Origin: Octopus sinensis
Lineage: Eukaryota
DNA: 64,000 nucleotides
Assembly: GCF_006345805.1 (NCBI RefSeq)
Contig: NC_043000.1
Span: forward strand, 2,418,001-2,482,000
Direction of reading: 5' to 3'
Made by a program: the position numbers and the translations under genes. Positions 27,852-41,714 of this stretch are shown here, piece after piece. The notes beneath the pieces were generated by a model. It was not told the origin of the DNA. It made no database searches and saw only the letters and a list, made by a program, of their open reading frames with translations. Numbering within the stretch: the stretch's first letter is position 1; each line of letters starts with the position of its first letter.

Positions 27852-27919
<68 letters not shown>

Positions 27920-28999
27920 TCATTTGGCATTATGCATGCTTGAGAAGAAGACCCATCAAGCCAAGCAAAACTGCAGTTGTGGCAGATACTGATGTCATGC
28001 AAATGTATCCATGCCAGAAGAACGTAAAAGCACCCATACATTCTCAGAGTGGTTGGTGTTAGGAAGGGCATCCAGCTGTAAAAACCATGCCAAAACAAAC
28101 TAGAGTCTAGTGCAGCCTTCCAGCTTGCCAGCCCTCATCACACCATCCATCCCATACCAGCATGGACAACAGACATTAAATGATGATGATATATAGTAGA
28201 AAACTATAGTATAAGGCGGCGAGCTGGCTGAAACGTTAGCCCGCCGGGCAAAATGTGTAGCCGTATTTCATCTGCCATTACGTTCTGAGTTCAAATTCCG
28301 CAGAGGTCGACTTTGCCTTTCATCCTTTCGGGATTGATAAATTAAGTACCAGTTATGCACTGGGGTCGATGTAATCGACTTAATCCCTTTGACTGTCCTT
28401 GTTTGTCCTCTCTGTTTTTAGCCCCTAGTGGGCAATAAAGAAATAGGTATTTCATCTGCTGCTACGTTCTGAGTTCTAATTCCACCGAGGTCGACTTTGC
28501 CTTTCATCCTTTCGGAGTCGATAAATTAAGTACCAGTTACGCACTGGGGTCGATGTAATCGACTTAATCCCTTTGACTGTCCTTGTTTGTCCTCTCTATG
28601 TTTAGCCCCTTGTGGGTAGTAAAGTAATAGATATATAGTAGAAAATACCTGATAGTTACAGTAGATGACACTTCCCAAGGTGCCCTGCAGGGGGACTTAA
28701 CCGAAATCCTTGTGGATTGGAGGCAGACTTCTCAACTACAACAAGATGAACAGCATGGCCACCACATTTATACCTTACTCCACATCTACAGGGACTGTAG
28801 TTTTGAAAGAGACCACGATGGCCAGTTAGTGGTGGTGGTGGTGGTGGTGGTAGTGATGGCTGTGTTGCAGTAGGCAATTATTTCTTTTGTGACAAGCTGC
28901 ACGTTGCACCTGTCCATGTATTACTAACACATCATGCTGTGCTGCACCTGATGTATGGTGCCGTGTGACATTGAGGAGACCAACCTCTGACAACCAGAA

Positions 29000-29138
29000 C
29001 ATGTGTGTGTGTGTGTGGTGTGTGTGTGTGTGTGTGTGTGTGTGCATTTGTCTATATGTGCATCTTTGTGTTTCTGGCTTTATGAGTGTAACATTCTGTA
29101 TGTTGTGTGTGTGTTTCTGTTGTTAAGACAGTACAAGG

Positions 29139-29178
<40 letters not shown>

Positions 29179-29746
29179 GGAGAGTGGAAGATGTACTAAT
29201 TAACTTAACAAGATCTTCACAGATCTTCAACATTGATTTAATGTCTATTGATACTGTAGAGGTGTGTGTGTGTCTGTGTATATGTGTGTCTGTCTGTGTG
29301 TGTGTGTGTAGATGTGTTTGTGTGTAAATGTGTCTGTGTGTGTGTGTCTTGCTATGTTTGTAATTGTATCTAAGTATACGTGTGAGTAGTTGTCTGTATT
29401 TGTAATTATTACATATGTATACGTGTAGGCTGTCTGTGGGTGTATGACTGTATGGCTCTCCCTTTCTCCTTCTTTCCTCTCTCTCTCTCTCCTGGTGTTT
29501 GTTTGTGTGTGTATGTATATATGTATATGTGTGTGTGTGTGTGTGAGACATATTTCTGTGTTTCCATACATATGTCATGTGCAAGTGTTTGTATATGTTT
29601 GTGTGTGTGTTTGTGTCTCTGCTTGTGTTTTTATATGTGTGTCCATACCTATATGAATATACATGTGTCTGTGTATGAATGTGAGTCCATAGATATATAC
29701 ATATGTATTCATGTATGTGTGTTTGCATATGTGTATATAATAATAA

Positions 29747-29787
<41 letters not shown>

Positions 29788-29846
29788 TATATAATATATA
29801 CTACATATATATTGTGTATCATATGTATGTATTTATATATATATAT

Positions 29847-29886
<40 letters not shown>

Positions 29887-29991
29887 TCATCATCATCGAA
29901 AACGGACGCTAAACGATGATGATGATGATATATATATATATATATATATAATATATAAATACATACATATAGATACACAATAATATATGTA

Positions 29992-30038
<47 letters not shown>

Positions 30039-30300
30039 TAGATAGATAGATATATACATATATATATATGTATATATTATGTATATATATATATATATAT
30101 ATATATCATGTGTATATGTGTGTGTCTATATGTCTGTAATAGACATGTGTGTATGTATGTTTGGGCATATTTGTATTTTTTTATTTATTTATTTTATATG
30201 TGTGTGTGTGTGTGTGTGTGTCTATATATACACACACACACACAAACACAGCTGCACACACATATACATATATACATGATGTGTGTGTGCGTGCGTATGT
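29000..30300. repeat. Compound (TG)n/(TA)n/(CAT)n microsatellite field
   Basis: Direct inspection; accounts for many spurious YI/VC/HT ORFs. Confidence 0.9.
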
Positions 30301-30579
30301 GGTACAATGTTATAAAAGCGTTTTCTCGAATGCAAAGTCAAAACTACAAAAACAAAATCTAACACCTGCATCACCATCACAACCATCATCACTACCATCA
30401 TCACCTCCACCATCACTATCACCGTGAGTAACAACAACAACAGTCATAGAAATCAATACAACATTATACAGAAGTGTATCGGTACAGTTTTAATACTACC
30501 AATTCGGTTATCACCTTCAGTTTCTTGTGATTATTAACACTTGTGTATATGTGTGTGTATGTATGTTTAATAATATGGA

Positions 30580-31394
30580 TGTGTGTGTGTGTCAGTGTGT
30601 CCACGTATACATACACCCACACCCACGCTCATATGCGTGTGTATCTGTGTGCATGTGTATATATACATATGTGTATATATACACACGTGTGTATGTATGT
30701 GTGCGTGTGCACATACACCCACACTCATATGTGTGTGTGTGTGTATCTATGTGCATGTGTATATATACATATGTGTATATATACACACGTGTGTATGTAT
30801 GTATGTGTGTGCACATACACCCACACTCATATGTGTGTGTGTATCTATGTGCATGTGTATATATACATATGTGTATATATACACACGTGTGTATGTATGT
30901 GTGCGTGTGCACATACACCCACACTCATATGTGTGTGTGTGTGTATCTATGTGCATGTGTATATATACACACGTGTGTATGTATGTATGTGTGTGCACAT
31001 ACACCCACACTCATATGTGTGTGTGTATCTATGTGCATGTGTATATATACATATATGTATATATACACACGTGTGTATGTATGTGTGCGTGTGCACATAT
31101 ACCCACACTCATGTGTGTGTGTGTATCTATGTGCATGTGTATATATACACACACTCACCCACACATGCATATGTGTGTGTGTATACTTACACATACAGTC
31201 ATCAGCACCACTGGATGTGTGTGTGTATGTCAGTGTGCATACACCCACACTCATATATGTGTGTATCTGTGTGCATGTGTATATATACATATGTGTATAT
31301 ACACACACACATGTGTGTGTATGTACACATACACCCACACCCATACTATGTGTGTGTGTGTATATCTGTGTGCATGTTTATATATACATATATG

Positions 31395-31434
<40 letters not shown>

Positions 31435-31460
31435 TGCATGTGTGTACGTGTATACTTACA
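30580..31460. repeat. Microsatellite-derived minisatellite (~90-105-bp unit) of alternating purine/pyrimidine
   Basis: Recurrent gtgtatctatgtgcatgtgtatatatacat..cacatacacccacactcatatg units. Confidence 0.9.
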
Positions 31461-32818
31461 CATACAGTCATCATCACCACTTCATCATCATTTTAGCATC
31501 CAGTTTTTATCCCCCCGTAAATCATTGAACCAGATCTTTCTGTTCTGCAGCCTGATGCTCTTCCAGTTTCTAACACTCACCTGTTTCCAGGTAAAACAAT
31601 ATTTCCTCCATTTCTTTGAAACATCCCTAGTGCAATGGCCAGACATGTTTTCATGCCAGATTGCAAATGAACAATACTGTTTGCCTGTTGACGAATCTTT
31701 TTATCTTTTTACTTGTTTCAGTCATTTGACTGCGACCATGCCGGGACACTACCTGTTTTTACAATCTCAGTGTGATGTCAAGATAAGGAAACACAACCAC
31801 ACACACACACACACACTCATGCATTCATGCATGCAATTAGCTTCTTTCAGTTTGTATCTATGAAAGACCGATGCCGGACCCCACCCCTGGCACCTGTGCG
31901 GGTGGCACGTAAAAAGCACCCACTACACTCACGGAGTGGTTGATGTTAGGAAGGGCATCCAGCCGTAGAAACTCTGCCAGATCAGACCGGAGCCTGGAGC
32001 AGCCCCTGGCTTCCCAGACCCTGGTCAAACCGTTCAACCCATGCTAACGCGGAAAATGGACGTTAAACGATGATGATGATGAAACTCACTCACCAGGCTT
32101 TTTTCAGCCCTGGGCTATTGGCAATACTGGCTTAGTCCTTTAGCATTCAGATTACTCTGTCAAATGTGATGCTTATTTACTCACATTGTTTTGAATTAAT
32201 CATGCATTATCTCATAGCTTCAAGATTCTGATGATGTGATTGTTTATTTTTAAAATAACATTGTAGGATAGGTGTAAGAGGCTGGATCTGGCCAGTTTGA
32301 ATATATAACACATTAAATATTTGAGCCAGATAGGGCCAGTTTAAATGCTAAAGGGTTAAGGCATGGGCTCACCAGGAGTTGCCCAGGAACCTCCCAGATC
32401 TAGGGTCCAGTTCTAATCTATGTATGTTGTTGTTTGCTGTCAATACATAAATACGAGTTGGCAGTGTCGTTAGCAAGACAATGAGTTCACAGAATCGTTA
32501 GCACACCGGGCAAAATGCTTACCAGTATTTCTTCTGCCATTACACTCTGAGTTCAAATTCCACTGAAATCGACTTTGCCTTTCATCCTTTCAGGTTCGAT
32601 TATATAAGTACTAGTTATGCTCTGGGGTCATTATAATCGACTTAATCCCTTTGTCTGTCCTTGTTTGTCCCCTCTATGTTTAGTCCCCTGTGGGCAATAA
32701 AGAAATAAATACATAAATACTATGGGAGACCAGTGCATTGACTTACCCAGGGCCTATAATGCTACAAAAACAGCCTAGCTATTGTAGATGGCATTTGCCC
32801 AAGGTGCACAGTAGAACT

Positions 32819-33085
32819 CAGGGCTGTGGAGTTGGAGTCATGGAGTCAGAGTTGGAAACAATTAAGGGGTAGCTGGAGTCAGAGTCAGTCAAACTATAAA
32901 GACTCTGACTCACAATATCTTTATTCTTTAATATAAACCAGTTATAACACATAGGCCTTCTCAAAGTACAAGTGTATGCATCTGCTTTATGAGATATGTA
33001 GACCACAATCACTTGATTACATAAAGAGGAGTCAGAGTCAGAGGTGCCAATAGTAGAGGAGTCTGAGTCGAAGATTCTTGTTTTT
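32819..33085. mobile_element. Partial hAT-like MITE with (GGAGTC)n subterminal repeats
   Basis: CAGGGCTGTGGAGT terminus and repeated GGAGTC/AGAGTC motifs. Confidence 0.5.
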
Positions 33086-33589
33086 GATAGAACTGAACCC
33101 AAAGTACTGTGGTTGTAAACAAATTCCCTAACCACAAAGCAATACCTGTGGTCAATTTAACCCCACCTGTGAGATATAAATTGACCAACACTTGTGGTCA
33201 GTTTATATCTCACTCATCTTTGGTATCAATAACTACTATATATTGTGTTCCATCCTTTAACCATGCAAGTAAGTTTTATGATTAAACACTATGGAACCTT
33301 TTATGGCCCCTGGCCTTGCCAGTTCCTGTCAGTCTGTCCAACCCATACAGGCATGGAAAGCACACATTAAATGTTGATGAAGATGATGATTTCGGTAATG
33401 ATGTTAAATATCTACCAAAACATAGAATTGGTATTTTCTGCAAGTCCCGTTGACTCAATAAACATGACATACCTCAATGAAAAATGGTTTCAAACATGAC
33501 ATTCTGCAACAAAAGACAGACAGGTATATAAAATTGATTTTTGAAGTTAAAGGTAATGAAATTTTGAGTATATCTATCTGATTTCCACA

Positions 33590-34633
33590 GTAAAAGGATA
33601 TCCAAAAGTTCCTGGTCTAGTTATGTTTAATAAAAGATAACTTATTTACCTAAATTTAATATCATATCCTTCAAAATAGTTACCTTGCACAGCAATACAC
33701 TGATCCCACTTTTGGAATCCAGTCTGTAAGTGAGTCAAGAACCTTCTGTGATTCACTCTGGAACTTGACAACGGTGTTAAAACAGTGACCTTTGAGCTGC
33801 ATTTTCATCTTGGGGAAGAGACAGAAGTTCACAAATGCCAAATCTGGTGAATAGGGTGGGTGTGGAAGCAATACCAAGTTGTTTTTGGTGAGAAACTCAC
33901 AAGTGAGGAGAGATTGGTGACAGAGTGGATTGTCATCATCAAGAATCCAATTCTTCATGCTTCACTGATCTGATCACTTTTCACTGAATGTCCTTGCTCA
34001 AATGCTTCAAAATGTCATAGTAGAACTTTCAGCTGATAGTCTGGTCCTGGGGAATGAATTTTCAATGTACAATACAACATTTCTGAGGGTGATCCTCATG
34101 GCAGGTCTTCCAGGTCACTCATCATCTTCCAGAGATGTTCTTCTGTTTTTGAATCACCCAAGCCTCTCAAAATATTGTGTATGACCCATTGCCTTGGTAG
34201 GTGAAGAGAAAAAATACAGACACACATAAATATATACATATACGATGGGCTTCTTTTAGTTTCCATGTACCAAATCCATTCATAAGGCCTAAGTCGGTCT
34301 GAGGCTATAGTAGAAAACATTTGCCCAAGGTGTCAAGCAGCAGGACTGAACCCAGAACCATGTGGTTGGGAAGCAAGCTCAATATTTCTGTAGCAGACTT
34401 CCCAAGTTTAATGCAAAATTTCATGTTGGCTTTTTGTTCCTGTCCACGACAAAATCGCTAACTACGTGATCACAAAAATACTAATTTTACAACTTGTGAA
34501 GTAAACACAGTGATATCACTCAGCACACTGCCTCATGAAGGTCACTGCTAACTCTCAATATGCATGCAGCCATATGCTGCCATCTGTTGGTGTGCTACAG
34601 AACTAGTCCAGAAACCTTTTTGATTCCACCTCA
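33590..34633 (-). mobile_element. Internally deleted mariner transposon interrupted by a SINE fragment (~34200-34380)
   Basis: HPPYSPDLA..F.LFPKMK..LKG..F mariner motif. Imperfect TIRs ggatatccaaaagttcctggtctagtt (33596) and aactagtccagaaacctttttgattcc (34601). Confidence 0.85.
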
Positions 34634-35704
34634 TATGTCCATTGTTCAATGATGGCTGACAAACTGAAAATGTCAGTGAAACACCTAGATGTCCCATAAG
34701 ACAACATGATGAATATTTTATATTTTCTTCATATGGTATATTTGAGGTCAGTTTATCCTGTTTGTTTAATTCCCATGTGGTCCATCTTCTGTTAACCCAT
34801 CTTTTTATATGCACAGATATGGCTGTGTGAGTAAGAATCTCACTTAGCAACCACATGGTTTCAGGTTCAGTCCCACACTACAACACCTTAAGTATGTGTC
34901 TTTTACTGTAGCTCCAGCTGACCAATATCTTGTGAGTGAATATGGATATATGTGTATCTCTGGAGATATGCTGTGACTGCGAAAACCCGACAAATGAAGT
35001 GAGTTCATGGCTCGCAGGACGGCCTGCTGTGCTAACCTTGGACCGTTGGGCGACCTGCCGTGCTTGAGGAGACCTATTGAATCAAGTACATCAACATAAA
35101 AATCAAAATCAAATGGATATTGTAGTTGTGATACCCGTGCTGGTAGCATGTTGGGCCTCACAGTGGAAATGACGAAAGACCGAGACCTCTGAGATATGCT
35201 GTGACTGCAAAGACCCGACAAATGAAGTGAGTTCATGGCTCACAGGACGGCCTGCTGTGCTAACCTTGGATCGTAGGGTGACCCGCTGTGCTTGAGGAGA
35301 CCTATTGAGTCAAGTATGTCAACATCAAAGTCAAAATCAACATCAAAATAAATATCAAATGGAAATTGTAGTTATGATACCTGTGCCGGTGGCACGTAAA
35401 AAGCAACATCTGAATGTGGCTGATGCCAGCACCACCTGATTGGCGTCCGTGTTGGTGACATGTAAAAAGCATCAAGCAATCGTGGCTGTTTTCCAGCCCC
35501 CTCTGGCCCCTGTGCCGGTGGCACGTAAAAAGCATCCACTACACTCACGGAGTGGTTAGCGTTAGGAAGGGCATCCAGCTGTAGAAACACTGCCAGATCA
35601 GACTGGAGCCTGGCGCAGCCTCCTGACTTCCAGACCCCGGTCAAACCATCAAACCCAAGCTATCCATGTGGGGATAATTGAAATTCTCTCAATTTTTTTA
35701 TTTT

Positions 35705-36031
35705 ATATATATATATATATAGATATAGATATATATATAGATATATATCTGGGCTGGTGGCATATAAAAAGCATCCAGTACACTCTGTAAAGTGGTTACC
35801 ATTAGGAAAGGCATCCAGTCATAGATACCTTGTCAGAACAGATAATTAGAGCCTGGTGCAGCTCTCTGGCTTGCCAGCTTCTGTCAAATCATCCAACCCA
35901 TGTCAACATAGAAAACAGATATTACATGACGATAATGATGATGATGATGATGATGATGATATATGTGTGTGTGTGTCTGTACACATATATGATATGACTA
36001 TATATTTAACTTCATCATATATGCATGTATA

Positions 36032-36067
<36 letters not shown>

Positions 36068-36392
36068 TATATATATAGATATATACTTGGGCTGGTGGCA
36101 TATAAAAAGCATCCAGTACACTCTGTAAAGTGGTTACCATTAGGAAAGGCATCCAGTCATAGATACCTTGTCAGAACAGATAATTAGAGCCTGGTGCAGC
36201 TCTCTGGCTTGCCAGCTTCTGTCAAATCATCCAACCCATGTCAACATAGAAAACAGATATTACATGACGATAATGATGATGATGATGATGATGATGATAT
36301 ATGTGTGTGTGTGTCTGTACACATATATGATATGACTATATATTTAACTTCATCATATATGCATGTATATATATGTATATATATATATATAT
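35705..36392 (+). repeat. Tandem duplication, 338-bp period
   Basis: Identical ORF text at 35856 and 36194; junctions lie in (TA)n. Confidence 0.9.
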
Positions 36393-36699
36393 ACTGACAT
36401 ACTGTGCACATTTGCAGTTGATAGCCTATATATCTATTCATATTTGTGTATGTGAATGTATGCCAGTGTATCTCTGCATTTGCATCTGTTTATTAATCAG
36501 TGTGTGTGTCTGTGTGTCAGTGTGTACATGCGTGTGTGTGTATGCATGTCAGTACTGTAACACAAAGGATTTTACTGTGTGTATGTGAATGTATCAGTCT
36601 CTGTTTGTGCGTCAGTATGTAGGTATGCGTACGTGTATGTGTGTGTATGTCACTTTGTGTCCGTGCTATAACAGAATCTTCTGCTAACAAGATCATTTC

Positions 36700-37260
36700 T
36701 CAGTTTATTGATTTCTTCTTTGAATTCTCTAACGACACATTTCCTCAGCTGTTGACACAGTTTTGATATCGGAATGAGGTCTGGGTTCTTTACCACATCT
36801 GCTTCTATGCAGTCTATATACATTGGGAAAAAAGAAAAAAGAAAAAATTGCTAACAACTATATTGGAATCAATGATTATACTGGAAGTGGTGTTGCAGAA
36901 CTGTGTGAAGGTTGTGAGGCAGTTGAGTTCTTGACTCTGACATATCGTATTGTTGATATTGTCACTGCAATGTCAGAAACAGTGTGAAGGTTCGAGAAAG
37001 TTAAATTCTTGAGTCTGACAGCTCTCTTTATTGAAATGATAACCCTTATGCTAGTAATAATTGGAAGCTTTTGTATTCCTGAGGTCTTGACTGTTACATC
37101 TTCTATTGCTGAATGGGTCTTTCCTATGAGAGATATGATGTGGAAGCTTTAGAGATGCTAAGAATTTTGAATCTGACAGCTTGTTCTCATCATTGAAATA
37201 GTTTGTAGTTTAATATCAGAAATGTTATGAATGTTTCGTGCAAGTGAAAGCTTGAGAAAA
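36700..37260 (+). pseudogene. Decayed leucine-rich-repeat coding relic (26-aa periodicity, possibly F-box/LRR type)
   Basis: Motifs at 36928, 37006, 37084, 37164 (spacing 78/78/80 nt): CEAVEFLTLT, FEKVKFLSLTA, FCIPEVLTVT, LEMLRILNLTAC. Contains stops and a frameshift. Confidence 0.45.
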
Positions 37261-37393
37261 CAACTTTTACTGTTGAAATGCTATTATAATAAAGAAATGT
37301 TGGTACTGATAACTGTGGCTATGGCGAGGCAAGTAATGTTAGGAATGATGATGGTGGGAGTGGTTTCAATAGTGGTATTAGCTATAGTACTCT

Positions 37394-38910
37394 GGCGGCG
37401 ACCTGGCAGACACGTTAGCATGCCAGGTGAAATGCTGAGCAGTATTTCGTCTGTCGTTATGTTCCGAGTTCGAATTCTGCCGAGGTCGACTTTGCCTTTC
37501 ATCCTTTTGGGGTCGATTAAATAAGTACCAGTTATGCACTGGGGTCGATATAATCGACTTCATCCGTTTGTCTGTCCTTGTTTGTCCTCTCTGTGTTTAG
37601 CCCCTTGTGGGTAGTAAAGAAATAGGTATTTCGTCTGCTGTTACGTTCTGAGTTCAAATTCTGCCGAGGTCGACTTTGCCTTTCATCCTTTTGGGGTCGA
37701 TTAAATAAGTACCAGTTACGCACTGGGGTCAATATAATCGACTTTATCCGTTTGTCTGTCCTTGTTTGTCCTCTCTGTGTTTAGCCCCTTGTGGGTAGTA
37801 AAGAAATAGGTATTTCGTCTGCTGTTACGTTCTGAGTTCAAATTCTGCCGAGGTCAACTTTGCCTTTCATCCTTTTGGGGTCGATTAAATAAGTACCAGT
37901 TACGCACTGGGGTCGACATAATCGACTTCATCCGTTTGTCTGTCCTTGTTTGTCCTCTCTGTGTTTAGCCCCTTGTGGTAGTAAAGAAATAGGTATTTCG
38001 TCTGCTGTTACGTTCTGAGTTCAAATTCTGCCGAGGTCAACTTTGCCTTTCATCCTTTTGGGGTCGATTAAATAAGTACCAGTTACGCACTGGGGTCGAC
38101 ATAATCGACTTCATCCGTTTGTCTGTCCTTGTTTGTCTCTCTGTGTTTAGCCCCTTGTAAGTAGTAAAGAAATAGGTATCTTGTCTGCTGTTACGTTCTG
38201 AGTTCAAATTCTGCCGAGGTCGACTTTGCCTTTCATCCTTTTGGGGTCGATTAAATAAGTACCAGTTATGCACTGGGGTCGATATAATCGACTTCATCCG
38301 TTTGTCTGTCCTTGTTTGTCCTCTCTGTGTTTAGCCCCTTGTGGGTAGTAAAGAAATAGGTATTTCGTCTGCTGTTACGTTCTGAGTTCAAATTCTGCCG
38401 AGGTCGACTTTGCCTTTCATCCTTTTGGGGTCGATTAAATAAGTACCAGTTACGCACTGGGGTCAATATAATCGACTTTATCCGTTTGTCTGTCCTTGTT
38501 TGTCCTCTCTGTGTTTAGCCCCTTGTGGGTAGTAAAGAAATAGGTATTTCGTCTGCTGTTACGTTCTGAGTTCAAATTCTGCCGAGGTCAACTTTGCCTT
38601 TCATCCTTTTGGGGTCGATTAAATAAGTACCAGTTACGCACTGGGGTCGACATAATCGACTTCATCCGTTTGTCTGTCCTTGTTTGTCCTCTCTGTGTTT
38701 AGCCCCTTGTAAGTAGTAAAGAAATAGGTATCTTGTCTGCTGTTACGTTCTGAGTTCAAATTCTGCCGAGGTCGACTTTGCCTTTCATCCTTTCGGGGTC
38801 AATTAAATAAGTACCAGTTACGCACTGGGGTCAATATAATCGACTTAATACCTCTGTCTCTCCTTGTTTGTCCCTTCTGTGTTTAGCCCTTTGTGGGTAG
38901 TAAAGAAATA
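37394..38910 (+). repeat. Tandem array of family-B SINE: one head plus 8 x ~183-184-bp body units
   Basis: Unit starts gtatttcgtctg at ~37442, 37626, 37810, 37993, 38176, 38360, 38544, 38728. Confidence 0.95.
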
Positions 38911-39130
38911 TTATAATAAAGAAATGTTGATGCTGATAACTGTGGTTATGGGAGGCAAGTACTGTTAGGAATGATGATGGTGGGAGTGGTTTCAATAGTG
39001 GTATTAGCTATAGTACCATAAATCTGTGATTACTGTTGTTTTCTCTTGGTCTGTCTGTGTGAGCAAACTTATGATCAAAGGTATTCTCTGTGATTCATCA
39101 TATCTTTTTCTGCAATTAAAACTGCATTGT

Positions 39131-39607
39131 TTAACCCTTTTGATACCAACCCAGCTGAAACAGCCTCTGTCCCTGCAGTACAAATGCCTTGTTTTCATAA
39201 GTTTTGAATTAAAATCTTCCATCAAACCTTTGTCATAATTTATGTTCCTAACACTAGCTGAATGATAACTAAGTTATTTTACTAAATTCTTTGTTATAGT
39301 TAAAGTAATTGAAAGAAACACAGAGTATCTCAACAGAATATGGTAACAAAAGGGTTAAAATATATAATAGAGAAACAATTCTTAACCCTTTCGTTACCAA
39401 CCCGGCCAAAACCGGCTCTGGCTCTGAGTACAAATGCCTTGTTTTCATAAGTTTTGAATTAAAATTTTCCAACAAACCTTTGTCACAATTTATGTTCCTA
39501 ACACTAGCTGAATGATAACCAAGTTATTTTACTAAATTCTTTGTTATGTTTAAAATAATTGAAAGAAACAGAGCATCTCAAAACAAATACGGTAACGGAA
39601 GGATTAA
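39131..39607. mobile_element. Two adjacent TTAA-flanked MITEs; relative at ~48735-48948
   Basis: ttaaCCCTTT..ACC / GGTAAC..AAGGGttaa TIRs, ~228 bp each. Confidence 0.75.
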
Positions 39608-40205
39608 TGTATACTTTACTTTAAAAAAACTGTAGAGTGATTTGAGGAGAATTTAGCTGCTGTTTCTTGCAAGCCATGCAACATCTTAAAGGTTCAGTTG
39701 TTGGCTCAGGATTGATGATGGTCATAGACACAAATAAGAAAAATGCTCAACTTGTAATTCGTAATATGAAGAGAAAACACAGGTGATTAGCTAGTTTGTT
39801 TACAGGTGGTTAATGAATTCTATAATGAAGAAGTAACCAAGAAAATCTTCCCATTTTTAATAAATGCTCAAATATTTCAATATACCAGCGGTGGTGCCCC
39901 AGCATGGCCGCGGCCTTCGGGCTAAAACATTTTTAAGGATTTAAGGATTTATACCAGACATTTGTAGCATCTCCTGACCTCTCCTATTTTGACATCAAGA
40001 TTGATAAGTCTGTAGTCCAGGTCTTTCTCAATCTCACCGTTACCATAGGAGGCCAGAAAGAACATTGTCATTTGGGTCAGTGATGATGATGATGATGATG
40101 ATGACTATCATCACATGATTGCTAAGAGAAGTTCCTTATTAGTTTCAGCTGTAGTGGTGGTCGTGTGACATCATAGGGAGCTGTCCAGTACTTCCTCACT
40201 AGTGC

Positions 40206-40734
40206 AAGTTATGATGGTCATGTGTTACTGTAAACCTCATCTAAGAATTATGATAGTTTCATAGTCAGCTAGTTAGGTTTGTTTACAAAACAACTTTTTT
40301 TAGCAAAATTTTGGCAAAACTTTACCAGTGAAACATTCTAACTGTAATTCAAGATAACTTTGAAGTTGAGCCCTTTATTTCATATGGGACACTCTTGTTG
40401 CATTTTGTATCAGAGACACTTGAGAAATGGGTCAGGATGATGGCATAGAAAGAGAAATATATATATTGAGTGAGAGAAGTGGTTTAGAGGTTTACCCTTT
40501 AATCAGGCCTCCATGTCCCTAGCATACTCTTTACTCTTTTACTCTTTTACTTGTTTCAGTCATTTGACTGTGGCCATGCTGGAGCACCGCCTTTAATCGA
40601 GCAACTTGACCCCGGGACTTATTCTTTGTAAGCCCAGTACTTATTCTATCGGTCTGTTTTGCCGAACCGCTAAGTGACGGGAACGTAAACACACCAGCAT
40701 CAGTTGTCAAGCAATGCTAGGGGGACAAACACAC

Positions 40735-40804
<70 letters not shown>

Positions 40805-41649
40805 TATACGACAGGCTTCTTTCAGTTTCCGTCTACCAAATCCACTCACAAGGCATTGGTCGGCCCGGGGCTATAGTAGAAGACACTTGCCCAAGGTGCC
40901 ACGCAGTAGGACTGAACCCGGAACCATGTGGTTGGTTAGCAAGCTACTTACCACACAGCCACTCCTGCGCCTATTTGGATATTATTTATATCTTGTTGGT
41001 TTCATGAGATCTCATTCTGATGTACATATAAAACCTTCCATAGCCTTTCTTCGAACAAGCAACATAGCCATGCCAGCACCAACTCGCAGCTTTATCCTCA
41101 GTCAAGCATTCTAGATAACATCCAAAAGTTATGATGGTCATGTGTTACTGTAAACCTCATCTAAGAATTATGATAGTTTCATAGTCAGCTAGTTAGGTTT
41201 GTTTACAAAACAACTTTTTTTAGCAAAATTTTGGCAAAACTTTACCAGTGAAACATTCTAACTGTAATTCAAGATAACTTTGAAGTTGAGCCCTTTATTT
41301 CATATGGGACACTCTTGTTGCATTTTGTATCAGAGACACTTGAGAAATGGGTCAGGATGATGGCATAGAAAGAGAAATATATATATTGAGTGAGAGAAGT
41401 GGTTTAGAGGTTTACCCTTTAATCAGCCTCCATGTCCCTAGCATACTCTTTACTCTTTTACTCTTTTACTTGTTTCAGTCATTTGACTGTGGCCATGCTG
41501 GAGCACCGCCTTTAATCGAGCAACTGACCCGGGACTTATTCTTTGTAAGCCCAGTACTTATTCTATCGGTCTGTTTTGCCGAACCGCTAAGTGACGGGAA
41601 CGTAAACACACCAGCATCAGTTGTCAAGCAATGCTAGGGGGACAAACAC

Positions 41650-41714
<65 letters not shown>

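Noticed and set aside
30527-31863. Long ORFs of 317-426 aa
   Set aside because: All frames are open only because of stop-free TG/TA/CA repeats; low-complexity C/V/Y/H/T translation.
37394-38910. CRISPR-like regular array
   Set aside because: Units are whole SINE bodies with no unique spacers; eukaryotic context, no cas genes.
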